From assembly GCA_030704615.1 (NCBI GenBank), contig CM060731.1, positions 1,116,001 through 1,180,000 of the forward strand: 64,000 nt of DNA, read 5' to 3'. The DNA is from Takakia lepidozioides (taxonomy: Eukaryota > Plantae > Bryophyta). Position numbers and translations under genes: made by a program. Of the stretch, positions 39,541 through 51,474 are shown in pieces. The first letter of the stretch is position 1; the number at the start of each line of letters is the position of its first letter. The notes beneath the pieces are model-generated. The model searched no databases. It saw only the letters and a list, made by a program, of their open reading frames with translations, and was not told where the DNA came from.

Positions 39541-39792
39541 TGCACATGTCACTGGGAATTGGCATGAGCGGAAGACGAAATATCATGAGCACAACTGTCA
39601 AAAGTGCAATTTTCCCTTCAAGGGGCCGAATAATATATTTGTTTTTCCTGACACATTGCATTAAATTATTGTTTTTTATTGTTTTTTATTTTCGAAATTT
39701 GTACTTCTGCTCATGAAAACCGATTGTGTTACTACTCTGCTCATGCCGCTCATGCCGCTCATGCTCATGAAATAGCAAACCTCCATCCACTG

Positions 39793-41845
39793 CAGGGTCG
39801 GAAACTTCGAGTGGAAAAGACCACATTGTCCTTATACTCTCCGATGCATTCCAGATCGACAGCCACCGTGTCTGCCATTTCCAATCCAATGTCAGGAGCA
39901 GGAAGAAGAGTGGCTATTGCTAGGAAGGAACTTCAATGCATTGAAACCTCACCTTCTCTTTCGCCTCAACACATGTCGTTGAGAGGTGATCCAATTTCTC
40001 CAACTGCATGGTCGGCTGCATGGCCCGAGAATAGTGTTTTGCAATCTCGGGGATGAAGTCCTTTCCAAGTGCCCGATCTGCAATTGCCACCAGCTTCACA
40101 AGCTTTGACTTGTATTTTGTTCTCGACTTGACCCCGGCTTCCTTCAAGTGCTCAGTCAATGACTGCAACGTTTTGACCTGCCCCTCACTTTCCATGAAGA
40201 AGCGTTTGGCATGGGCCAAATCCACCTTGATGCGTTACATTCGATTAATATGGAAAGATTACTGAAAATTGGGGAAGGATGAGCAGAGGGAAATGGGAGG
40301 ACGACTTACTTCGTATATCACCTCCACCATTCCATCCATAGTGAGACGATACCATGTCCGGTCAGTTTTTGCCACGGCTTTCTGAATGAGCTCGGGCTTC
40401 AGCATTTCCACAAACATGTGCGGATCAGTGAGACCAGTTTTCCTCACCCTGTACAGCATATGTGCCATGTGGGTATGCACGTATGCATTTTCAGTGACCC
40501 TGCAAGGCACACTCTCCAGTTCAGTCCACGGAAGCACGGGAAACAAAACAGATTGGAAACCGAAATGCGGCACCGCATTTCGAACGTGCTTGGGAGGGTA
40601 TGAGTATCTTACGAGTTGAGGTCCGCCATGGCATTCTTGAGCAGGGAGGAGTCTGCCGCCTTCACCTTGAGGATGACACACTCCACCATTTAATGCCAGC
40701 CAATGTGCTTGGCATGGTTCTGCTTGATGTACTCCCACCAGGCAAGAAGTCGGTGATTCCCGTCCCCACAAAGAACATTTACCCGACATATGGCCGAGTC
40801 TGGACACCCTTCAGCGTTGCCTTGAATTCGTCGTTGCGAGTGTGCCAGTGGGTATCCCATGTTGACAATTCATCCGCAGTGGGTCCACGAGTTTCGCCGT
40901 CCTCATTCTCAATGGGAAACGTAGAAGGCTGGCGAACCTAGACGGTACCCTTCTCGAAATTCAAACTTGAGCTTATCCACATCTCCGGGAAGTGTCTGCC
41001 TGACGATGGGAGGGATGAGACCATGCGACAGAAGTGGGATTCGAAGAGTCCGCTGGGAAACCCTGCTGCCCAGAACTCTGCCAATGCTACTGTGTCTCCT
41101 CCAACATTGTATCCGCTGCACTTTGGAATTCCTCGGGGAGACATTTCTGCAGGTGGCGGTAGGGGCTGAGCAGCTGGAGCATCCCCAATGGAGCTGCACT
41201 CTGGGAATCTTTGCGGGCAATTCTTGCCATGAGGCCTCCTCCGGGCCTGCAGTAGTATGAAGATCTTCCTCAACGGTGGTCAGGTCTCTTGCTGCGAACG
41301 TTGAGCGGCAGCACCCTCCTCCGGTAAATATCGGATGAAATTGGTCGATCCATTGCCTTCGCTGCGCAGAGACGACCCAACACACCAGGCTGGAAATCAA
41401 GCAGGAACTGGGCTTCAGCTCGTGGAATCGGTTTGCGCGGAGACTGCTCCGCCCTCCCCCCCTGATGCCTTGTGTTCCTCATTCTTGCAGGTGAAGATGG
41501 CTGCCGCAATTGAATCTGCCCTGTACCCTTCTGCTTCATTCGCGTGGGTGGGGGGGAAACGGTCTGGTCCGGTTCAGAAACCAGTTGAAGGACGGGTTGC
41601 TTCTTCTTCATCTTCGCTAGAGAAGGGCCCAACCCCTGCTGGCGATTCTCCAAGACCTTTGAACGCAAGTCGCTCTCTGGGGCTTTGAACTGCAAAGACT
41701 TGCCCTTCGAAGCCGCGTCCTTGAAACGCACAGGGCTAGGCCCGGCAGGAAGACCCGTGCTCGTGGATCGGCTGGGTCTGCGTGCTGCAGCCAGCTCCAC
41801 GGACTCTTCCTGCGGCTCTTCGGATTCCTGCGATCCCTCCAGCAT
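39793..41845 (-). pseudogene. 5' exons of element C gene 2 (ParB-like domain), degraded
   Basis: LRIPLLS...IVRQTLPGDVDKLKFEFREGYRLGSPAFYVS and DLAHAKRFFMESE...VAIADRALGKDF match B. Multiple frameshifts. Confidence 0.82.
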
Positions 41846-42499
41846 GTCAACCTTTCCGGTTAGGCATGCAAATATCTTATGTATTCAAGACTCCTAGCAT
41901 ACAGTCTAAGAATTGCAGAAGAAAAAAGAGGGGGGTTTCGGTGCTCGATCAGCTGCGCGCATCCCGATAGCACGGAGCTCACTGGTGGCTGGGTTGCTTG
42001 CGTGGCCTGCTGCTGCGAGATGGCAATCTCCTCCTGTAGATGCATCTGCTTCCTCCCCTTCGGCATTGGCCTACATCCGAAGTACAATTTTCGGAGCTTG
42101 CGACGATGTCTTTTCTCTGGTGCACGAACTCCCTCCCTCTCAGGTTCAAGCATAAGAAGAACATAGATAGGGAAAAGGGGCAAAGAGTGCAGATGGAAAG
42201 GGCGCGAGAGGGGTGACTGAGTAGACACGACAAAAGAAGATGAAACGACGGTGATGCACCACTTGGGTTCAAAAGGCTTGGACGAAAGTGTCTCCTCGTG
42301 GACTATGCGTCATAATGAAAATCGAATCGTCAAGGGTACGCCTGCCGTTCGAAAAACAAACATCATCAACCAACGGTCAGGCCGCGCCGCCTCCTGCCAC
42401 TTCAGTCAGATAGAATGCAGACATGTGCCGCAATTCCGTTAGTCCACGTGTTCACATATCATGGCATTTCCGTCCCAGCGTCTGATGACTTAGAGTGCA

Positions 42500-43070
42500 A
42501 ATGCAAATGCGGCATTTCCGTTAAGTACCATCCCGAAGCTACACATACCGTACTTGTTGGACGAAAATGTGGCACCGCATTTCCGTTCCACCTTCACATA
42601 CCTTAGTTGTTGAACGGAAATGCGGTGCCGCATTTCCGTTCTAGAGAGTATGAAAGTCTCACACGGACAGAAATGCGCCACCGCATTTCCGTTCTGGAAT
42701 GTCGGAAGGTGCAACTCGGACGGAAATGCGGTGCCGCATTTCAGTTCCGGTGGTTCACGATTTTCAGTCAGAACGGAAATACGGTACCGCATTTCTGTTC
42801 TGGAGAGTATGAAGGTCTCCCCCGGACGGAAATGCGGTGCCGCATTTCCGTCCCACAGCTCCATGCCACAGATACAAAACGGAAATGCGACGCCGCATTT
42901 CCGTTCTGGAATGTCGGAAGGTGCGACTCGGACGGAAATGCGGTGCCGCATTTCAGTTCCCGTGGTTCATGATTTTCAATCAGAACGGAAATGCGGTACT
43001 GCATTTCCGTTCCACCTTCACATACCTTAGTTGTTGAATGGAAATGTCGTGCCGCATTTCCATTCAACAT
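42500..43070. repeat. Intergenic array of the C-type 22-bp palindrome
   Basis: About 11 copies of GGAAATGCGG-NN-CCGCATTTCC. Spacers are shared, in inverted orientation, with 62300-62715. Confidence 0.92.
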
Positions 43071-43079
43071 TTCCATGTG

Positions 43080-43943
43080 GGGTTTGGTTCTTTGCCATGG
43101 GACGCCATGGTACAGAAACAAACTCCTTGATGTGGGACGCCGCAACTTGGATGTTCGTTTCTACAAAATGGACAAGTCGATGAGGACATCGACTCCCTGT
43201 TGGTAGGGGTGTGTGTCGCGGCCCTTTGCCTTGAGGGCAGGGGGTCGGGACACATGAGGGGCTGCCCCTGTGGTGGGGGCAGCGGCAGCGATAGATATAG
43301 GGGGGGCTGAAGCACCCTTGAGTGCCCAAGGCACTCAGGGAAGTAGAGGCGCTCACTAGGCGGAGCCCCGCACACCGGGTTGCGGTGGGGGTGGCTCCAC
43401 AAGGGGTGGTGGTAGCTTAGTGGGACTTAGTGGGGGTGGCATAGGACTCACCATGGGGGCGGAGACCTCGTGGTGGGAGTCGTGGGGAGTCTTGGGACTC
43501 ATCACGGTCCATAGGGGCCGTGGTGAGCGGGCCAAGACTCACCGCGACTCACCACCGGGAATCGAGGGTCTTCGTGGTGGTTTGCCATAAAATGGCATGG
43601 CTAGTTGTGAAACCCCCGCGGACAGCTACAGAAGTATATATAGGGAGTAGTAACCCCGAGAACGGTGCAAGCCCGTTGGTGTCCAAAAACTAGTGAGTAA
43701 GCAAGCGAGCCGGAAAGCGACCAAAGGGTGGGGAGCTGTTCCGGACTGCCATCTACCAAAGGGAATTCCACTAGGCCCAAATAGGTGGAGGGTCTTTCGG
43801 GAGAGCGAAGGGGGACCGTTATGTCCCGGTGAGCAGCCGAAGCTCTGAGTTGGCCCGGCGGCCAGGTTGGGAGTCAGGCGCGCGCATCAAAGCGAGTAAC
43901 TATGACTTGAAGGGTAGCTTACCGAAGTGAGGTGCGCGACACA
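43080..43943 (+). mobile_element. 3' end of a Gypsy element: PPT and LTR (43212-43943)
   Basis: Inverted termini TGTGTCGCG...CGCGACACA, preceded by gtcgatgaggacatcgac...ggtaggggtg, which resembles the pre-LTR sequence at 63454-63493. TATA-like gtatatatagg at about 43635. No TSD. Confidence 0.65.
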
Positions 43944-44139
43944 AAGGCAGAAGAAGTAAGGGGAAGGATAAAATGAATGCGACCACCTACCTGGGATGAT
44001 AGTTAAGAAAGACAGTTAGCATGTTACTTCAAAACAAGAAGTCAAATAATCCATTTAGACCAGGCTTTCTCTTCCGCTGCAGTCTGGGATAGATGGAGTA
44101 CTAATGGGTAGTACTGGCATGGGCATAGGACCTTTCTTT

Positions 44140-47100
44140 TTAACTTACACCGGACATAAAAAAAACTTGATAAAAGCATTATTCAACTTACAAAGCGTGT
44201 ATGTGGCTTACCAACTAGTACCCCTAATGCCCTCATACAACTCCCAACTGATAGCTACGGAATTGGTTCTAGCCCATTAATCATATCATATGCTCGCACA
44301 TTAGGCACACAATTCAAAGAAGCACTCAACGATCCTGGACGTCTCGGTATCATTTATCAGGGCCTCCTCAAATACCTCGAATTAAAATACAATGGTCTTT
44401 ACTCACTATCATCTTTGCATCCACAGGCCTGCCTACACTCCCCTACTGCCCGCACACTACTCATCCTACGCCTAATGAAAATTAGCATACAAACCGACCT
44501 GCCAGATTACCCTAACACCTCGTCACCCCTAGAATGCGCATGGCTCACAAACCCCTTTTTATCACAATTCGACATCTCTCATCTGAAACAAAAGATCCCC
44601 ATCCTCACCTATTTCAAAGAACGTCGCATTACCACCCTCACCCAACTTACCACCGGCTCCGGCCATCGACTTCTAAAACCAAGCAAATTCTCTCTTGAAT
44701 TCTCTCGAGCTACAACCAAAACCACTCGATACCTACACCATCTCCGAACCCTCTTCTGTCATCCCTTAGCAGCTTGCACCCTCCAATGCGATCTCCCATG
44801 TCTCTACTATCCCCATACGGTTCAAGACTTGCTGCCCCAGTACCGAGCTACTCCTACTGCCTCCATCTACCAAACACTTAAAACGGCATATGCCGCCAAT
44901 ACCCCACAGTCACAGAACTCGACCCCCCCTCTCATCTACCTAACATGCAACATACCGAACCTGACCACAACCTGCATCTACCATTCAACCCCTTATCTAA
45001 TACGCAAGGCTCCCCCACCCACTCCCAACCACTTACCACAACGTACCCCCCACCTTCTCCACACAATGATGACAATAATAATGCATACATCATTGAAGCC
45101 ATACTAGGAATCAAAACCCAAACGTCAATCGATGCCTTCGGTGCCATATGTATTGACACATACTACCACTGTAAATGGGCTGGTTACTCCTCAGAAGACA
45201 ACACATGGCAGATAGAAGAAGACCTATTTGGCCCACATGATGATTGCGACCCCGAACACAATCTTGCCCTTCTCACCTCCTTCCATAAACATACCAACAC
45301 GGACTACTTGACACACATTCACCAACAACACACCACCCCCGCCCAACCTACAGATAGTCGATACATTCATCAGCCGATCTCTGCCCCTAACGTGTACATC
45401 TGCATAACTGAGTGTAACCCTGACAAAGATATCAAGCATGACCAACCGCTAATTCGCATGGGCCCCCACCTTTCCAATATTTTCGCTCAACACGGCCGCT
45501 TCATTGGACTCATTCCTAATAATAGATTAACATGGTTGTGGGAGAAGTATTCTGCTGCAAACTCATGTCCACAATCTTTACAACCCCCAAAACAAGACTT
45601 CATGACCGAATTATATTGGCTCGTAGACCGCTACCTCAAAGACACCCCCCCCCCAAGAAGCCACGGTCCCTCACTCGACTGGAAATGGCATGTGCACACC
45701 ATGCCATACCCCAAGATATTCTCGCCTTACTTATCAATACATTCCAGCTTACTCACTCATATTACTCCAATCCATTGACATGTCCTATGGACTTGCACAT
45801 ATTTTCCAGCCTGCACCATAGGGATTGTCTCTTTGGAGCCACCGGCAATGCTACCCAGCATACATGGGAGGGTAAGGGCTTTGCCCACCCCCCCCCTATG
45901 GCCCCCTCACTTATGAAGCTCTCCAGTGGGCAAAATTTGCAGCACACTCCTCTCCTCTTGCCTCCACAATCTTCATCCTCACACAACAAAACACACCTAG
46001 CACCCCCCACCCTCTCCTATGACTCCCGGAAGGGGTCAATCTACTCGCCACAATTGACCCAAATCAGCTTAAGTATGTTCATACCCCCCCTCTTCCCAAG
46101 TACCTGAAAAGGAAAGAACCTACCCTAACTCTGATTCTACATGTCCAAAACCCACTTCATACAAACATACCAACACCTTTTTTCCACCAGCTAGAACAGT
46201 TGTTAACCATAACTCATAAAATGAAGGCCACCATCCATTACCCAGCTACACCCCTCCACACCCACACAACCACCACATTTCCCCGAATCAAAACAAACAA
46301 AGCCTGGGGCATGGCACAGTCGCGCCCCCCCTAGGTAATACCAACAACACCCCTTCCCCCAATCCCCTCAATATATCAGCAATACACCACCCTCAAGTAT
46401 CCCCCGACAAACTCACACTACACTGATGGATCCCTCACCAAACCTAATGCAGGATATGGAATTTATCAGGCCGGCAGCGGTCGGGGTGTTGCCCTCTGGC
46501 TCCCTGGCCTTGCCACCATTCTAAGGGCTGAGCTCATGGCCATCCACGACACTCTCTCTCTACTTGATGCCTTCCCCCCCCCATACTATATCTTCATTGA
46601 TAGCCTAACCTCTCTATTTCTTATTCAAAACCACATCTCCCGCCCTTCTTCCCATCATCATCACCCTGACCGCAACCTCATTGCCGCCATTGTCCAAAGG
46701 GCCATCTCCAAAAACCATCCAGTCCATTTACTCAAAGTCCGCTCGCACACTGGCATTCATGGTAATGAGGAAGCAGACCTACTCGCTCAACTCGGCGCCT
46801 CTCAACCCATAATCGAACCCACAACCGACCCTATCCACATCGCCCATACCCATCCCTTCTGGTTTATACACCCCGTCCCAGACCCCCCTGTACCCAGACC
46901 AGTCCGGAACCTTCTGACCACTCTGACTAGAGAAGCAAATAAACAAGCTGCAGCCTCCATCAGCCACACCAAAGTACACATCCAAAAATGGACTCAATCA
47001 AATGTATTGCACCATAAACTCTCAAATCATTTCTGGCTAACCAAAACTACTACTGACACACAAATCCGACAAACACTCAAATTCAGATACACCCAATACA

Positions 47101-48007
47101 TGGGTCACCAGCGCAAACACATCTTCTGGCCGCATATGTTCCCATCCCCATACTGCCCATTATGTTCAACCACTCACCAAGCTCGTGACACCTGGCCACA
47201 TCTCCTCAGCCAATGTACGCACCCAATCATACATGGTCTTCATATCACGTGACACAACCAGGCAGTCTGGCATCTCCATAAGCTTTTTCTAAATCGTGCT
47301 GAAACCAGATGGTTCTCGCTCATAAACGCTGGCACCTACCAAGGACGGCCACTCGACCACACTGTGCCACCCTGGCTACTACTATGCATATGTACCCGAT
47401 CACCATGCTCATGCCCTGCTAGGCTTTGCCCGGACATACTCCTTGTACAAGGCCTACCCATTAACACCCTACCCCCCACCTCACCTTCCCCACAATTCAC
47501 CATTCATTTCATTGAATTCACATTTTGCCACGATCGTTACCCCAATGACTCGATTTTAGAGAAACGTCAAAAATATGCCTTGCTTATCCTTGCAATCCGA
47601 CGGTATGGCTGGAAAACTGGCCCATTAACCGTCATCACCGCTGGTACTCAAGGTGGCATTCATAAAGCCAATATCAATGACATACATGATAACTTCAAAA
47701 TTCCCACTCTTCCCATCCACAAATGCTTCAAAACAATTCACCTCACGGCACTCCGTTCACTCACAACTATTATCACCAACAAACGCCAACTGGAATCTGG
47801 CACTTCAAATGCACCCTAGGTCCCCCAAGGTACCCCTGGGTACCCAGGGGTACCATAGACTCCCCTACTTTCTCCGGTCACTTGGTGTCCTATAGGACAC
47901 CTTTCTTTTTATAGGGCCCACCCACGAAAGGGGGCAGTAGCCGCAAGGCAAAGTGGCTCTTAGTTACGCCGGCTTCGGCCGGAGTCTTCTCTCTCTCTCT
48001 CTCTCTC
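44140..48007 (+). mobile_element. 5'-truncated RLE-type non-LTR retrotransposon (Dualen/RandI-like): RT thumb, chromodomain, PCIF1-like MTase-like domain, RNase H, CCHC, RLE; (CT)n tail
   Basis: CGLPTSTPNALIQLPTDSYGIG (thumb); YIIEAILG...YHCKWAGYSSEDNTWQIEEDL (chromodomain); YTDGS...RAELMAI...FIDSLTSL...KVRSHTGIHGNEEADLLA (RNase H); CPLC...DTWPHLLSQC; CPDILLV...FIEFTFCHD...EKRQKY (RLE). Several frameshifts. Confidence 0.88.
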
Positions 48008-48034
48008 GTTTTTGCTAATGTGGCGGGATGTGTA

Positions 48035-50749
48035 GTACATGACTAACTGTTTGCTCGGGGCTAAGCACCAAAGGGTACCATGCATGCTTGCATTGTGGCG
48101 ATGATCTTGATGCACATAGCTCCCGCCATCTTCACAAGATGGTGTATCCCAACTACCGCAAATTTCTTCCTAAGAGCCATCGATGGAGAAGAAGAGAGAA
48201 ACACTTGTTTGATGGCAAAGAGGAAGTACGTCCCCCCCCCTATGACACCGTCCGGGCAGTTTTGGGAGGACCGATGGAAGGAGGCCCATGCGGGCACGGA
48301 CGGTGAAGTGGACGTGCCCGGCATGAAACGACTTTCAATCTTCTACGAGTTGCCATATTGGGCGGTACATATTCCACAAAACCACCGTCAATATCCCTAT
48401 GCATGCATGTGATATTGCACATTTGGTATGCATTGCATTGTCACTTTCACGTAAAAAAAATTGTGTAAGTCTTTGTGGGTAGGGATATATGTAGGACCTG
48501 AAGATTCGCCATCTTCTAGATCCCATGCATATTGAGAAGAATGTCTGAGCACTCGTCCCTTTTTTGGGTTCTTCATGGCACGCCGACAAAGAAGGGAGTG
48601 GCTGCAAAAGGAGATTCTCTCGGTGTTAGAAAGGAGCTTGAGGAGCAGGGTCGCATGCGCCATCTATGGGCCGAACAAAATGGTGTGGACCCAAAGGGTG
48701 TTGTACGGTGGAAGTATAGGCGCGCACCTTGGCAATGGACAAAGGAGGAATACAAGACACTGATAGCCACCATAAGTGCTGTCCGAACACCAACTGGTTA
48801 TGGGTCATCCCTCCGTACGAAGTTCAGCGAAGAAGATTGGGTCCATGGTTTGAAGTCTCATGACTACCACAATCTATTGCAAGACATCTTGCCCATTGCA
48901 GTACGTGGGACATTGACTCCCGAGGTTCGTGAGACAATCTATAGATTGGGAGGCTTGTTCTGGTGGATTTGCTCCAAAGAGTTGGAAGAAGCAGATTTTC
49001 CACGCATGAAGAAGGAGGCGGCGGAGGTAATGTGTATGTTGGAGATGCACCTTCCTCCCTTCTTTGACATCCAAGTGCACTTGGTAGTGCACTTAGTGGA
49101 AGAGGCTTCGATTGCCGGCCCCGTTCATTCTCGGTGGATGTACTTCCTTGAGCGTTATATGAAGACTTTGAAAGGATTTGTAAGACAAATGGCGCACCCA
49201 GAGGGTAGCATGGCGGAGGGGTTTACGTTGCAAGAAGCTATGTTCTATTGCACGGAGTACATGGCAAGGGTGGACGAGGAAGCCCCTCAGATGTGGAAGG
49301 AAGAGGAGGATGCACGAACCAAGGACATCATTTTGTCCAAAAAATCGAAGAGGGTAAAATTGCCGACCTTGGTGATTGAGCAAGCGCATGACTTCATACT
49401 GAAGAACACCCCATCCATACATGAGTGGGAGGCAAGATACAATAATCTTGTTCAGCAACGAGAGGAGAAGACGCTTGCATGGAGGCGGAACCATCCAAGG
49501 CCGGTTACTAGACGCCCACGACGAGGAGCGGGCCGCCGGAATGTTTCTTCACAAAATTTGCCCATGGAATTGCAGCCTTTAAGTTCATTCCAACAGTGGC
49601 TTCAGACTTCAGTTTATGACGCCGTTGCTCAAGGAGAGGTGGTTTCAGATTTGGTGCAAGACATTGCAAGGGGTCCCTCTCAGTTCGCGACCTCATACAC
49701 GACGGTTTGGGTTCACGGTCGTCATTTCCACATTCGTGCTCTTGACATGAAGCGCAAAACAACCTTTGATTCTGGCTTGTGTGCCACATATTGGCAAGAT
49801 GCCGTGTGGGGCAAGGGAGATACACGACCTGCTATGAGCAAACTTGAGTACATTGGAGAGCTTGAGAGCATACTCCAACTTCAGTATACAAGGTACTGGC
49901 CTCTTCTCTTCAAGGGAAGGTGGTTCCAGCCACATCTTGTGGGGCCCTCTGCAATACTAGTGCAAGATGATTGTGGTTTCATGCGCGTCAATGCAGATAG
50001 GCTCAATCCTACTCATCGTCCCTCCGATGAGTCTTTTTCACGGCCTTCAGACATGGAGCAAGTTCTCTTCTCCAATGACAAAACAAGAGGAGGGAATTGG
50101 AAGGTGGTTGTGCATGATCAGCCAAGAGGAAGACGTATCTATCATGGTCTTAGATCTCCATGGGGTGGGGCAATTGCGGTGGACGGAGAGACTGGTCATA
50201 ATGATGCTGATGATGGAGGTTGGGTAGAGGGGGTAGAAGAGGATGATGACGCCCCGGACAATGCATCCTGGACCCTATATGATGAAGCTCTAGAAGATAC
50301 GGATGTTGGAGAAGGAGACGAAGACACGGCCATTGACAACGAGGTGGAGGATGATTCAGAGGAGTCTTTTGAGGGCGGGCCATTTATGACGATGACTCCG
50401 ATGACCAAGAAGACTTACAGCTTGATGAGGATGAAGAAGCTCCGGATGATGATGTTCAAGTTGATTAGACACAAAATCAAAGCTACATAACAATTCTCGC
50501 ACCAAACTGGACCCATCCCTTCGATTGATTGTACATGTATATGCATATTGTACTTTATTTCTATGATTGATCAAATATGGTTGTGGCTGGTAGTCTTTCA
50601 AGAAAGAAGGTAGAGGCAATGAATATGTTGGAGCAACACATACAGATGTGGTATCAAGAGAATTATCAAAATGAATGGCACAATCTACAAGAAGGTCCAC
50701 AACAACAAGCTAAACCATAAAGAAAAATAAACACCCTACCCCAGTACCA

Positions 50750-50786
<37 letters not shown>

Positions 50787-51442
50787 AAGAACCCCCAAAG
50801 GCCCTAAACCTAAACCTATAAAGCCCTGTCATTGCTGCCTGCGACCCCCACGCATCGCCACCTGTGACGCGGTTTTTAGGATTTATGAGGCCAGGGGTCG
50901 CAAACAGCGATGGCCAATCGTCGCCAACTGCGACCTGTTTTTTTGAATGGATTTATGAGGCCTGGGGTCGCAAACGGCGACGGCCAGCTGTCGCAAACTG
51001 TGACCTATTTTTTTGATTTGCAAGAATAGGGCAGCCGGGCAATTTGCGACGCCCGGCCGTTGTAGGGGCCTTTTGCCCTTCATGCCACCATGCGGCGGCC
51101 TGGCGTCGCAAGAGAGGGCTGCGATGAAATAAAGGGCAAGAAAGGGTTTTTTTTTTCGGCGTGCGACGACCGGCCGTCTCTAGAAAGGGCTGCCTTCTGC
51201 CCTTCGCTGGGGGGCGATGCTCGGGCGTCGCACGGAAGGGCTGCCTTTTGCCCTTCATCCGCCTGTGCGACAGCCAGGCGTCGCCGCCTGGCCCTGGCGC
51301 CAAGTGGCGACCCGCGGGGTTTGGCTGCGACGGCCCGGCGTCGCAAACACTCTCGCGGGGTTGGCGTCGCACGCTCGGCGCCGCGCGGGGCGTGGGGGCG
51401 CGGCTGGCGTCGCAAACCCCCCCCCCCCCATTTGCTGTAGTG
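48035..51442 (+). mobile_element. CACTA (En/Spm) element, 3' part
   Basis: Ends TTTGCTGTAGTG (reverse complement CACTACAGCAAA) at 51442. Subterminal TGCGAC/GTCGCA repeats at 50840-51415. Confidence 0.92.
48058..50490 (+). pseudogene. CACTA TnpD/Tnp2-type transposase, 5'-truncated, with frameshifts
   Basis: LSTKGYHACLHC...RKFLPKSHRWR, KRLSIFYELPYW, IRHLLDPMHIEKN, GLKSHDYH, FFDIQVHLVVHL...GPVHSRWMYFLERYMKTLKGFVR...PEGSMAEG. Confidence 0.92.
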
Positions 51443-51474
51443 AATTCTTCTACCAGACATCTAGGCTATCAAAT

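Larger units (their letters stand above)
25712..39783. mobile_element. MULE-type element B (14,072 bp), nested in gene 2 of element C
   Basis: 9-bp TSD CATCCACTG at 25703-25711 and 39784-39792. TIRs GGGGGCTGCTATTTCATGAG and (reverse complement) GAGGTTTGCTATTTCATGAG, with subterminal GCATGAGC repeats. Excision restores SDPAVD|VWLNRMTWWFQ. Confidence 0.95.
19783..43075. mobile_element. MULE-family element C, partial (left TIR and transposase half missing), with B nested inside and an internal inversion
   Basis: Gene 2 homologous to those of A and B; GGAAATGCGG-NN-CCGCATTTCC arrays. Its left part is nearly identical to copy E (54814-56851), which retains the TIR. Confidence 0.75.

Noticed and set aside
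43894-43918. GAGTAACTATGACT...GGTAGC resembles the LSU rRNA R2/I-PpoI target region
   Set aside because: Only 14 nt exact, inside an LTR, with no flanking rRNA similarity; likely chance.
50800-50825. CCCTAAA telomere-like repeats (also about 58484-58500)
   Set aside because: Only 2-3 degenerate units.
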